A stretch of DNA of 64,000 bases. Origin: Daphnia carinata (taxonomy: Eukaryota). The notes below the pieces were generated by a model. It did not search any database. It was not told the DNA's origin and saw nothing but the letters and a program-made list of their open reading frames with translations. Each line of letters starts with the position of its first letter. Within the stretch, counting starts at the first letter, position 1. A program made the translations under genes and the position numbers. The stretch is from the NCBI RefSeq assembly GCF_022539665.2, contig NC_081333.1, positions 2,666,001 to 2,730,000 of the forward strand, in the 5' to 3' direction. Positions 25,841 to 38,919 of the stretch are shown here, in pieces.

Positions 25841-27782
25841 AAAGTGGTCTCAGCCAAACTACGTTGACCCGAATAACGCAAAAACTATTAGTCCCATGTA
25901 AAAATGAAGCTGGTTTTCGTGATTCCCGTTAAATTTCGAGTAAGATTCATGTATTTTTAGCTATGTTTAATTTTTGCCAAAAATGAAAAAGTGGGAAGGC
26001 TATAGCCTTCTCACTTTTGTCAAAATCGGCAAAAAACGAAATCTCACGGAATTGGTTTAAACTCATTACAAAGAATCAGAATTAAACGCTGATTCCGAAT
26101 ATAGCATTAGTTTTCCACTTTGTTGTGCAGTTTTTGAATAAAACGCAATCAAAATGATTTTAATTTGTTTACCGTCGCCAACGCCATCTATTAACAGAAA
26201 CATCGTAAAAATAGGTTTCGATGCTGGAAATATCAATCAAACTAGGATCTAAACATGATTTAGGGGTAAACTAATATTGTGTTCGTAATCTGCGTTAAAT
26301 TTTGCTTACCATGGGTGAGTTTCAACGAATTTTAAGAGATTGCAGTTTTTGCTGATTTTGACAAAAAGTGGTAAGGCTATAGCCTTCCCACTTTTTCATT
26401 TTTGGCCAAATTTCAAATTTACCTTAAAATACATGATTTCGATTCAGAATTGAATGCTGATCACGGAAATCAAGTTTATTTTTCAACTGGCCTTATAGTT
26501 TTCGAACTAAATGAAGAAAATGACCGTGGGAAAATTGCCTCCGAAACCTGCAAAAACTGACACTCATTGGAATTTTTTTTAAATCACAGAATATACTCAA
26601 AATTGAATGCTGATTCCGGGAAAATAGCTATTTTTTTCATAAAGTCAACCGTTTTTTAAATACACCGGATATTTCAAAGAAAGCTAACGCGCCAGTACGC
26701 TCCAGCGCTAATGCGATGCAGCACAAATATTTGATTATATTAGCTAGCTATACATGATTTACATTTAAAATTTCACGAGAATTACGGAAATACAATTTAT
26801 TTTAACCTAGGGTAGTTAATGTTTGAAATAAACGTAAAAACGTGTTTACCTAATTAGCGCGTCAGTGCGCTATACCGCTAGCGTTAGCATCGTTTATCGC
26901 GCTCATCGCATTAGCGCTGGAACGTACTGGCCCGCTAGCTTTCTTTGAGATATCCGGTGTATTTAAAAAACGGTTGACTTTATGAAAAAAATAGCTATTT
27001 TCCCGGAATCAGCATTCAATTTTGAGTATATTCTGTGATTTAAAAAAAATTCCAATGAGTGTCAGTTTTTGCAGGTTTCGGAGGCAATTTTCCCACGGTC
27101 ATTTTCTTCATTTAGTTCGAAAACTATAAGGCCAGTTGAAAAATAAACTTGATTTCCGTGATCAGCATTCAATTCTGAATCGAAATCATGTATTTTAAGG
27201 TAAATTTGAAATTTGGCCAAAAATGAAAAAGTGGGAAGGCTATAGCCTTACCACTTTTTGTCAAAATCAGCAAAAACTGCAATCTCTTAAAATTCGTTGA
27301 AACTCACCCATGGTAAGCAAAATTTAACGCAGATTACGAACACAATATTAGTTTACCCCTAAATCATGTTTAGATCCTAGTTTGATTGACATTTCCAGCA
27401 TCGAAACCTATTTTTACGATGTTTCTGTTAATAGATGGCGTTGGCGACGGTAAACAAATTAAAATCATTTTGATTGCGTTTTATTCAAAAACTGCACAAC
27501 AAAGGGGAAAACTAATGCTATATTCGGAATCAGCGTTTAATTTTGATTCTTTGTGATGAGTTTAAACCAATTCCGTGAGATTTCGTTTTTTGCCGATTTT
27601 GACAAAAGTGAGAAGGCTATAGCCTTCCCACTTTTTCATTTTTGGCAAAAAATTAAATATAGCTAAAATACATGAATCTTACTCGAAATTTAACCGGAAT
27701 CACGAAAACCGGCTTCATTTTTACATGGGACTAATAGTTTTTGCGTTATTCGGGTCCAACGTAGTTTGTCTGAGACCACTTT
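25841..27782. mobile_element. Large inverted repeat (foldback/MITE-like non-autonomous element): ~880-bp arms, ~185-bp spacer
   Basis: 25841-26718 is the reverse complement of 26904-27782 with few mismatches. More diverged symmetry extends to about 25755 and 27870. No ORF. Confidence 0.85.
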
Positions 27783-28199
27783 GATTGCGTTTTATTCAAA
27801 AACCGAATAACCAAAGGGAGAAAAAATATTTTATTGGGAACCAACATCCAAGTGTTATTGAAATGTGCTACGTTTCATTATATTTGGAATCAATTTTACA
27901 AGCCCAATTTTTTTCGGGCGTAAAAAACAAGCCCGACAAAATAAGCCCGACTTTTTCGTAATTGTTTTTTTTTATAAGAAACCTCAATGTAGCTTTAAAA
28001 ACAAAAGATCGATACTCCAAATTAAACGTGGATCACGAATATTGTCCTTGAACTTGCTTTTTTTTTAAGGGATTCAATTTTAAAGGTAGACGATCAGTAT
28101 TCCGGGTGTATTGAAAAAAAAAAATGTAAAAATTGTTTTTGCAACCTTTAATGGAAATTCAACAGTTTTTTTTTAAATTCTTGTAGACAATCCAGTTTC

Positions 28200-28610
28200 G
28201 TTCACTTTTATTAAACTTCCCGATAGGGATTTAGTCTATATTCTAGTTTGATTGATTTTTCCGGTATCGATACCAATTTTAATGATTTTCTTGCTAGTAG
28301 ATGGCGCTGGCGACTAAAAACAAACAAAAATCACTTAAATTGCGATTTATTCAGAAACTACACAACGAAACGGGAAACTAAAGCTACATTTGGAATCAGC
28401 GTTTAATTCTGATTCTTTCTGTTGAGTTTAAGCTAATTCCGTGAGATTTCGTTTTTTGCCAACTTTGACAAAAGTAAGAAGGCTATTGCCTTCCCACTTT
28501 TTCATTTTTGGCAAAAATGTAACTATAGCTAAAAATGCATAGATCTTATTCGAAATTTAACGGGGATCACGAAAACCGGATTCGTTTTTGCGTTGCACCA
28601 ATAGTTTTTT
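28200..28610. repeat. Additional diverged partial copy of the palindrome arm
   Basis: Matches about 27350-27740 (ctagtttgattga...ggaatcagcgtttaatt...aaggctattgccttcccactttttcatttttggcaaaa). Confidence 0.75.
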
Positions 28611-29295
28611 TAATTAATGTAAAAAACTTCGGATTAAATATATTGCTTTAGTCACCTTTGTTACATTTATTTCAGAAACTGTTGGTACGAAAGACTATTT
28701 CACTAACACATAACTGCAGATGGAGTTCAGACATTAGATGAACACATTGTGCTAATTGTTTTGTGCCTTAAGGCAATAAATCAGCGACAGCTTATCCTTC
28801 CCTTGTATAAACCAGCTTCCAGATAACAATTGTTAGCTTTGCCAAACAAGGATACGATGAACTATTGCTCTTCCAGGAATTTCCTTACCCATTAGAATTG
28901 TCTTTCGAACCTACATTTCTGTCGGTTTTTTCTCACCGAAGATTGTATCCCCTTCATTTCCTTGCAGCAACATAACGGTAACGATACACACCGATACGAA
29001 ATGGATGAATATCTAATAACCGATATTGCCACATTCGTATCTAGGCTAAAACGTGCCAAACGAACCACTTTTAGCTGAAACATCCAAAGCCATACTTAAG
29101 ACGGCACAGAAAAATGTATATTAAAACTCCAGAATTATGCAGATTAAATGTCTATAAATACACGTCCGTACTGTACGGAGTTGCTGAAAACAAAGATTTA
29201 AATGCTTCCCAAAGCTATTTAACTTCATTTGAAAGTAAACAACATCTTATCTGTACGCGGCACTTCGAAAAATCTTAGCGACGTTCTTACACATA

Positions 29296-29445
29296 TTAGG
29301 GCGCATTTCCTTTTCCAGCGTTTCCTGCCGGTGCAGCAGGACTGGCAGCAGGGCCGGGAGGACTAGCAACGCCAGGGTCACCTTTATCTCCTTTTGCTCC
29401 AGGTGAACCGTTTGCTCCATTAGTACCGTCTTGACCTGGCGTGCC
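29296..29445 (-). pseudogene. Orphan 3' fragment of a collagen-like gene (D)
   Basis: Reads GTPGQDGTNGANGSPGAKGDKGDPGVASPPGPAASPAAPAGNAGKGNAP*. The Gly-X-Y pattern decays toward the end and no upstream exons are seen. Confidence 0.7.
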
Positions 29446-30462
29446 ATGTGATGTGATGTGGCTGTCTTTCTAAAATAGCGTTAGGCGCTGGTAAGCCAAT
29501 GCAAAAATTCATTAGCATCGCACAAACTTCATTTCACTTACATCTCTTCACTTTCATACATCTTGAAGACATCCACTTCATACATATATGTATGAGACAG
29601 TTGGCAGCTGTTCGACGAACGAGGACACACCCTATTCTATGATGCGTGCAGCCTATGAAGAATGCGTTGCTGTTTTTGTTTTGGTTTGAGGTGTATATCG
29701 TATACGTAAAGGCAATTCTTTGGAATACCTAATGTACGCTTGTTTTGTAATCACGACCGAATTCGACTGGGAAAAAAAGTTGATTAAGAAAGGGCAGCAA
29801 TCAGCATCTTGGTGAACACGCATGCGACATTTCTTTTTAGCCTAGAGGTAAGAAAACGATTTTAGCCAACTGATAGCACAGCCTGGGTGGCAGCCACTAG
29901 ATCTACTAGTCCAATATTCTGTAGTCAAATCAAAACTAATTGTTCCCAGAAAAACTTGTTGTTCGGGCTCTACGCGATGTTAACGGCCTGAGGTAAAATA
30001 ACGACCGATCAAGAATCAGCATTCAAGAATGTGGCATGTTATTTTCCAGTATGCAAATAACCACCATCAGCCATTTGTGATGCTGGAAGGTTTATAAAGG
30101 TGTATATATCCGGCAGGCTAACAATCCAGAGTCACATGTTAACAGTTAGGTATTTGGGATTCATTATTGATGTGCAGCCGCTAATATGTTAATTAATGTC
30201 TATTGGAGTCATGCAATGAACATCGCAGACCGTACAAAGCCATACGTTTAATACACAGATAGCTGATAGGTAACATAGTTATTATGAAAATTAAACATGA
30301 AATGAAATTCCCAGCATAGATAGAAATAGGTACGTGCACATACTTTATCAAGTTAAAGATAACCAACATCACAGTGTTCTCCAAGGCTGTCCTCGTTTAT
30401 AATAAATGTCACTGCTTCTTATAATTATACCCCAATATCTTATAGCAACATTCCCAAACATT

Positions 30463-32224
30463 TCAGCGCCCAACTCCACCTCCTTGCCCGCCAGCATTTG
30501 ACGCTGGCCCAGGAGGGCCAGGAGGGCCGGGAGGGCCGATAGGGCCGATAGGACCAGTTGGCCCAATAGAACCGCTAGGGCCAATAGGGCCAATAGGACC
30601 AGCAGGACCAGCAGAGCCGCCAGGACCGGCGGGGCCGTTAGGGCCAATAGGGCCAATAGGACCAATAGGACCGATAGGACCAAGAGGGCCAATAGGACCA
30701 ATAGGACCGATAGAACCAGTATCACCTTTTGCTCCTTTATCTCCAGCAGGACCAGTCGCACCATCCGCACCATCCCTACCATCATTGCCGGGTGATCCTT
30801 GCTCACCTGCCGTTCCGGCTTGGCCAGCTGAACCTGTATCTCCCTTGTCTCCTTTGTCACCTTTATCACCTTGTGGGCCAGCTTGGCCAGCCTCTCCAGA
30901 TGGCCCTATGGCACCGTCAGGACCGCGTGGTCCAGGATCTCCGGCGTCGCCTTTGGAGCCAGCGGGGCCTTCTGGGCCCATAGGGCCCTCTGGGCCCATT
31001 GCTCCATCAGTACCATCATTACCAGGCGGACCCATTGGTCCTTCGGGTCCCTCTGGTCCATCTGGGCCGATTTGTCCGTCTACGCCGTCTGTTCCAGAAG
31101 GTCCGATTGGGCCGGTTTGTCCTGTTGGTCCTGTTGGTCCGGGTGGTCCTCTAGGACCTGGTGGACCAGGCGGACAGGGTGATCCATTTGTGCATGTCCC
31201 TGGTGGTCCTGTAGGACCAGGTGGTCCAGGTGGACCTGGCGGACCTAGACAACATATATACACAAAAAATTAAGAAAATATGCCTTTTGGTAAGGTCGCC
31301 AACGGAATACGAAACTTTGAAACTTCAATACAATGCAGTCAACAAACTAAATCGAATTTTCTTTATAAATAGTCTAATCGTTTTACCTCGCAATTGGTCC
31401 AGTCCTTGACTAGCAAACTGGCTCATCAGTGCACCAACTTGCGCTTGTAGTTGCATGATTAGAGATAGGAGTGGCCCATTTTGGCGCTTTTCCACGTAAG
31501 AATATGGATGACCCCCGTAAAACGATGCGGATAGATGAGGAACAAAAGGACTCCCTAAATAGCAAGGATAATGGGAGGTTAATATGCCTTCTTCCCGACA
31601 AGCTGCACCCAACATTATTGAATGCTAAACAGAACGAGTCGTATGATTGTACTCAATATGCTTCTAATTAACATTTAAAACTTTAGTAGCTCGTTGTGGA
31701 AATATGAACAAAACTGAGATGGCAATTTCGGTTACCTGGTGGTTGCCTGATCATCAGGTTCTCCCCATTTCCACCCAATGCTCCAGCCGTTGCATACTTG
31801 TTTTCGTTTTGGTGAAAGCCTTGGTTAAACTGATCTGCATAGTTAAATGGCAACACGACTCCATACAGCGGGTGAGCATCTCTGTCATGTACGTTAGGTC
31901 CCGTTCGATGCGGAGGTCTTCCCAGAAAAGCAGTAGGAACTTGCATATGAATGTCACGATTTATTAGCTCCCAACGAATTTTTATTTGCATATAGTTTAT
32001 GTGACAAAATGTATAAATCCAATACCTCGTCTCGTTGGCTGATCATTTTCGTTTAATACGCCATCGTACAAGGGAACATCGGGTAGTACAGTGTACAAAG
32101 ATGAATAGGGTAGTTCCCGTTGAGATCTTTCCGGTTCGTTTTCCGTCAGCGGAGTTCTCTTGCCCCCAACGGAACAAAACAAGGCAACGGAGAGGTAAAA
32201 GATTAAGGAGGAAATGTGCAACAT
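30463..32224 (-). CDS. Short secreted collagen-like gene B2 (intact, 4 exons)
   Basis: Signal-peptide exon from 32224; exon 2 (VPTAFLG..QPPG); exon 3 ([19 protein letters not shown]); collagen exon 31244-30463 with a CTNGSPC interruption and a GPI-rich C-terminal part. Confidence 0.8.
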
Positions 32225-33724
32225 TCTCCGTAATCTAATCGACTCCGTTGATGCATCTCTTTATATACCCTAATCAGCTTGTCGGGAGTAGTGTTTTTTC
32301 CGCAGCGGCTTGTCCGATCGGCGGGATGATTAGGTTACGGAAGGCAGAACTTAATACTGATACTCTACTACTTTTCTTTTGTTTGAGGTAATGTGTACAC
32401 TCTTCAAACCTGTTTGTTCACTTGATCATCGCAATTTCATCCACGAACCCAAAATACCCCACACAATTAACTGAAGGGCACGATGATCTTTGAAAGCGGG
32501 AGTTTTGGTTCAACAACACGCCATACTTGTCTTAAAGCCTCAAGGCCAGGGATGGGCAAATCATTTCTTGAACGAAGACCGATGCCTGCATTTTTTTCAG
32601 CATATACAAAATTGCACCAATTTCTTTACCTGCAAGGAGATCATTGTCCGTTGTGAATGCCCTGATCATTAATCAAGGTAATCCGTTGCCGCCTTGGCTA
32701 CATATTCCGCCTTTTTAATGTGTTTAGAACTCGTTCGTTGATTTCCGTAGGCCAGCATTCTTTTCCTGACCCGTGTGAATCACCTCCTAATGCAATGACC
32801 ATCCCGGAAAAATTGAATGCAACTAACGGTTGGAAACAGGATTGCTATGAAGAGTTTATTTCAGGTCATGAAAATTGTTTTTTGGCCAAATACCACCAGG
32901 CGAGATCGAACCGTTCCTGGAAGTAGCCTAACTGCGGAGTACACGTGTTTACCCCCCCTCCCCCGAATCGCATTGTTCCGCGAACGAATGCTAATTTTTA
33001 TGAAATCTAGTTCGCTTGCCACCTTTGTTACATGTGCAGTTTCACCCGACTTTTGCCACATATGTTGTGGAAAAATTCTGGGAAACGATGGTTTCGTGCA
33101 AATAAATCAGAAACTTATAGCGCTAATGAAATGAGAAACAGCGTCCAAAATGAAACTATGAGGCATGTTGGTAAATAAGAAGGCAAGACGATGTCGCAGC
33201 AAAACGCATTGTCGTTCAACATAAATTGTTGGTTTTTATTTCGTCTGTGTACGTGGCCAACTGACAGACTTCTTCAGCCACCTGAAACGTTTGCAAAGAG
33301 AATCATTTATTATGATCATGCAAGAAATGGCAGAAGCCTATAAGGACAAATAACGATTGAGACATCCGGACGACGTTCGGCTGTTGAGCAAAACTGAATG
33401 ATATAACGAAACATTACGAATGAAACTGCAACAACTAAGCGGACACTTCAGCTAAACATAAAGCTAAAGTTTACGTTCCTTTCCTCAGGTATCATAGAGT
33501 TTAATGAAGAGTTTTGGATACAATCGCGTAAGGCGGCAATACTTATTCAAATTAAATATGTTTAAAATTGCTCTGATTAAGCTAGATGAATTTGTCTACC
33601 TCTGGGGTTTCTTGGATAAAGATGGTTCGAAAGTTTATTGTTTTCATTTGGCAGTTAATTTGGTAACATTTTTTTGCAGAAAACACTGTAAGGAACCCAA
33701 ATCTGGGAATCCAAAATCCAACGG

Positions 33725-35152
33725 CTAACCCGGAGAATTACCAGGATTACCAGAACCAGGTGGGCCGGGTGGGCCGGGAGGGCCGGGAGGACCAAGAGGA
33801 CCAATAGGGCCAGTAGGGCCAGTAGGACCAGCAGGACCAGTAGGGCCAGTAGCGCCATTAGGTCCAGTAGGACCAGTAGGACCAGTAAGACCATCTTTAC
33901 CGTCTTTACCATCAAGACCATTACCACCGTCATCGCCTTTTGGCCCAGTAGGACCTATAGGTCCAATCCCCCCAGTTTGTCCTGTTGGACCCGTGGGTCC
34001 CATGTCACCCGTCGCACCTTTGGGGCCTGAAGGACCAGCTGGGCCAGTGGCTCCATCAGCACCATTGGCGCCGTCAGCACCATCATTGCCGTCAAGTCCG
34101 TCGCGCCCCGGGTCTCCTTTGGGGCCAGCTGGGCCAGTTTGGCCAGTTGCTCCCGCGTCTCCTTTACGACCAGTTGGACCTGATGGGCCAGGCGGACCAG
34201 GCCTTCCATTTTGACAGGGCGGACGGGGTCGTCCTATGCGCATCGTACCACAAAAACGAAAAACTTTAAATAATGCTAATTTCACGCGCATCAATGTCTC
34301 CTTCTCATTTGTGATAGACGATTCGAAAGGTAGGGCCATCGATCTTTTATTTTGCCCATCGAATTGTTACCGTATGGTCTTCCTGGTCTTCGGAGTCCTG
34401 TTTGCTTTCCAAAAATAATTTCTGAAGGAGATACGTATGGCCCTTGAGGATAAAGATTTCCTTTATGCGCTTGCGCAAGTAGGTTTAAGAATGATGGGTG
34501 GCTTCGATAGTCTTCTAAATGAAATTGCGGATAGGGTTCGATAGCCCCGTCTATTAACGACAAAAAAAAAATAAGAACATCAATTGATTTTGTCACGCCC
34601 ACAAGTAATTCAATATTTTCAAAAGAAACATGTCCAATGTCAAAAAGTGACTCTCATCTCGAAGAAAGATGAAAGTTAATTACCAAAGGGTATATTTTGA
34701 TTCAGGTACTCTGCATCTTCGCCCAATCCTTCGAAGGCTGCATACATGGTTTCTTCTGGTTGATCTTGCTGATTAAATGACTGGGCGTGCTTTGCTCGCC
34801 AGCCACCATAACGCGGTACGGAGCCGTCATTGGAATTAAAAACGTAAGGCTCTGTGATATCAAATGGAACTTCACAGAATTGAACAATTACTTGATATTA
34901 TTCTGGTTTAAAAGTAAACTTTATTTATCACACAAAGTGAGCTCTTGATTGGCTAATACCTTGCACGTGCTTTCTTGCCGGATGGCGACCGAAGTAGACA
35001 TTGTTGGCAGCGAAATAGTGCAACAAAGAATGCCAATATGTAGACGTTTTGGGGGAAAAAGGCTCACTGACTTCTTTATGGAAAGATCTCCTGCCCCAAA
35101 CGGCCACGGAGATGATGCAGCAGTAGAAAACCAAAGAGGAATAAAGCAACAT
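33725..35152 (-). CDS. Short secreted collagen-like gene C2 (intact, 4 exons)
   Basis: Exons join in phase: [65 protein letters not shown] followed by Gly-X-Y to GNSPG*. Confidence 0.8.
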
Positions 35153-35446
35153 TTTCCTCCATCTGCTTCTTTGACTGCCGAGCTACTGATGCTAACACAG
35201 TGAATGGATCCCTTTATATATTACGATGGCACATGGCTAGACTATAAAACGACGAACTTATCAATGGCAGCTCGTCGCTTTTATTTTGTTTGATATGGTG
35301 TGCACACTTGTTCAACCTGTTTGCTTGCTGGATCCCGACATTGTCTTACAGAGGATATAAATCCTATATTTAAATTTACTGGCGGGCAGATGGTTCTTAA
35401 AAAAACCTGAATTTTTGCGACATCAAACCGTGTTTCATAACACCCC

Positions 35447-35516
35447 GAGGTAAGGGATGGACAAACAATTTTTTTAGAGGTAAGGGATGGACAAACAATT
35501 TTTTTAGAGCTAAGGT
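35447..35516. repeat. 30-bp direct repeat (2 copies plus a partial) just beyond the duplication end
   Basis: gaggtaagggatggacaaacaattttttta at 35447 and 35477. Confidence 0.9.
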
Positions 35517-37468
35517 TAGTGTCTGCCCTCATCCAGGATATACTAAATTGCATTGATTTCTTGTTTTGCGGAGAAATTATTGCTCGTATTTCGTGCGCTG
35601 ATAGTCCATCATGAGATTCTTGTATCGTTTGCACTATATATTCCACTTTCTAAGTCTGCTTATTTATTGTTTATTGTTTTCTATACTATAGCTCTAATTT
35701 CCTGGTATGACGAATCAACCCTTATTTTGGCTTCTTTTCCAAGAAATAGCTAACAGTAAATGCTAAAGACACCCGTTGATTCTAATTCTAAGAAGTCGAT
35801 TTGATGCAACCTCTTGCCACGCCAATAGAATTCTAGGAACTTTGTGGGAATAGCACGTGCTTCACTCCGGAGAATCACCGAACCACAAACGAATATATAA
35901 AGCGGTGTTTATCAGTAATTAAACGGAACATCAAACGCGATAATTTCCATCATGTTATCCCTCGCTAATCAATTATGTGCCTGTGCGTTTCGACAGTGAT
36001 GCATGACACAGCGGATCAGACAGCCGTTTAGTTCGGCCAATGTTCTTCATTCTTCTATCCCGATTGTGTCGAATATCAAGAAGCCGAGCAAATTATTTTC
36101 CTTAACCCAACTTGCTTTATCTCGTTTTCTTTTTCTGCGTTGACTTGAACGAGTAATGTTGACACACTGTCAGTTGCTGGTGGTGGCGACTACCCAAGAA
36201 AAGGGTTAATATTCTCACCTCGCTTAACCCCCGCTGACTAGTTGATACCTTTCCGCTTTTCGCTTCTTTTAACCTTTCCAACTATCTTGTTTGTTTGTTT
36301 TTTAACCCTCAACGAGTGGAGTAATGAGCTGTCACAGCGGGCAGAAGATAACTGCAACGAGCCGGCAGATCTACTGGATGGATCGAGGTGTGTAACTAAA
36401 CGCCTGGATAGACGGACTGCAGCTACAAATAATGAAATAAAGTGGATGGACCGAAGGGGAAAAACAATAAGGGAGGAATGCAAGGGCAAGGACAAACAGA
36501 AACGGACATGTAGATTGATTGGCCAGCAGGCAAAATACAGCAAGCAGGCCAACAGTTGGAAGAACGAGCTCATTGATAGGCCAATACGTGTAAGACAACG
36601 AGCATAAAGAATGATCAGCTGACGGGCGGATTCTGCAGGTGGAGCAACAGACAAATAGAACGCTGGGTCGGCCGGCTATAACAGTAAAATTGTTGAACGG
36701 GCAAGAACAGTGGGTGGATCAATGGTCAGATGAAAAGGGAGGATGGACAGGGAGGTAGGCTATACTGGGTGAATTCACAGGCAGATGCAACGAGTGTATA
36801 GACAAGTAGCTAAGGCGGATGGATCGAATGGCTGCCCCAGCGGGCAGCCAGGAGGAAGATTGAATTTTTCTAGATGGTTCCAGACCTCTAAAACTCACCT
36901 ATTCTATTTTGGGTTGCCCGCTCTTAGCTATTTTATTCGCGTGTTTGGGCGGCCTCGGCGGTACTCTAGGAATCCCTTGATTTGGGAGAGTAGATTGATC
37001 AAAGTTAGGTGTCATATTTGTATGATTGAATACCTAGCTCTGTTGGTGAAGCTACCGGCTCTAGTCTTTCAATAAGATCTAGAACTTGTAGGATACAAGT
37101 GCCATCAGCTTAGAGGATATCTAACTCTTCTGAATAGAAAAGAACAGTGATTACACAAGTACTAGATTTACTACCCTGCAGCGGTTCAATTATATCCACG
37201 TCCATCTCTGCTGAAGGTTACCAAAATTCTTCTCGATCTCTCCCTATAGCTGCTGACGTGTACTGCATACAGCTTGAAAGCTTGCGTTAAAATTTGGTTA
37301 GCAGCATCATTTCAAATCGAAGAGACTCTGGCCATTGAATGTTGCAGTCGTGGCTTGAAATCCAACTTGGTTGCTGTTCCGTGCTCCTCTTCCAGCAGCT
37401 TTTCAGAGATTATGTGTGAATTTCATTGATATTCAAATTTTGTGCCTGCATTTTCTTCTTCAACAAGG

Positions 37469-38740
37469 ATGACGTTCATCAGGTAAATTCTGTGGATTTA
37501 GAGGCAATTGGCGAATTGCTTCAAAACTAATCTTATCAATCTGTTTAGCTTCAGAGGAATTCGGATTTTTGTGGCTCGTCGAAAATCATCTATTTTATTA
37601 TGCATTGGACTATTTTTCTTTTTCTTTTTGATTCACGAAAATAAAGGCGGAAAATCTTCAAATACTAAAACAACCAAGTACAATTTACTGGAAGAGACCA
37701 AACAATCTCAACACGTCAAAGAATGCACCCTAGGTAAAAAAAAAAATTGGTTGCTTAATCAAAGTACTGAATTATTGACTCTGTCCTGATTTAGAATATG
37801 CCAACACCCATCGGTTGCAACAAGATCATCCATGTGTACTAGATCTCATTCGACAGCGATATTTGAAAAAACCCTGGGGACCAGAAGTCCCACTAGATTT
37901 ACACAATCCACAAACAGCCGATCCATCTGCTGGTCAAGCCAAAGCAGTTATGAGAATATTACGCAACCAAAGGAATGGCTTCTTTGTGGAATGTGGTGCC
38001 TCAGATGGGGAATTCTTGTCAAATACGCTTTACATGGAACGATACAAAAATTGGACAGGACTTTTGATCGAACCGGACCGTGGATCGTACGATTCTCTGT
38101 TGACCCGTAAAAGAAAAGCAACGCATGTTCCTGCTTGTCTCAGTTTGGAAACTTACCCTACTGAAGTAATTTCTGTAAAGCAGCTTATCCATTTTTCGTG
38201 ATAATCAAATAGTTCTATTGTTATTACGTATAGGTCTCTTTCAAATCAGTTTTCCAAGTTGGAAGCATCCAAGAAAAGTCTTCCTGGTTTGGAAACGATC
38301 AACTAATAACAGTACAATGTTTTCCATTCTATTCGTTTCTTCTAGCCTATGGGCGGACTTCTGTGGATTTTTTCAGCCTCGATATCGAAGGCCATGAGCT
38401 TAAAGTACTTAAAACGATACCCTGGCACAAAGTTGATATTAAGGTGAGTTAGGAAAACAAATTCAATTTGATAGTGGAAAGATATTTTAATTAAATATAA
38501 TGGATGGACAGACGATAGTGGTTGAGTGGGAACACGTAGACGAAGGCGAGGAAGCTATAGTGAAATTCATGGAAGAAAGTGGGTTTGTCAATTTTGGCAA
38601 GATTGCAACACCATATGCCCGTGACATTGTTTTCGTGAAAGACTTCCTGAGGTTTGCCATTCTTAGTCAATCGATCTTACTTGCTAATTTTTATCGAATT
38701 TCATTGTTTTAGTGATTTGCGATACGACTATGACGACTGA
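37469..38740 (+). CDS. Star-like / FkbM-family methyltransferase, copy 3 (older paralog, intact)
   Basis: TM anchor, then GFFVECGASDGEFLSNTLYME, NWTGLLIEP, VQCFPFYSFLLA and VDFFSLDIEGHELKVLKTIPW. Ends DLRYDYDD*. Confidence 0.85.
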
Positions 38741-38919
38741 ATATTACGTAGCCGAATGTTATGTTTGGGCAGCAGTTGGACGCGAATACAAATTGAAATT
38801 ACTGCCAACTCTTTGTTAAGTTCATTAACGACGTTCCCCATGCAACCTCGTCCCTTTTAGAGCTCATTTCTCCCTTAACAAATCGTATCTTCTTTTACAG
38901 GATTGCTCCGAAAAACATC

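Larger units (their letters stand above)
22390..35430. repeat. Tandem segmental duplication, unit 2
   Basis: Colinear with unit 1, with high but imperfect identity and several large indels. Confidence 0.9.

Noticed and set aside
15410..35152. Horizontal transfer or bacterial contamination as the source of the bacterial-looking collagens and FkbM genes
   Set aside because: All carry spliceosomal introns and sit among typical animal genes. Low-complexity similarity alone cannot support HGT.
36238..37150. Short ORFs in purine-rich sequence, possible TE/LTR remnant
   Set aside because: No recognisable domain, terminal repeat or second copy in the window.
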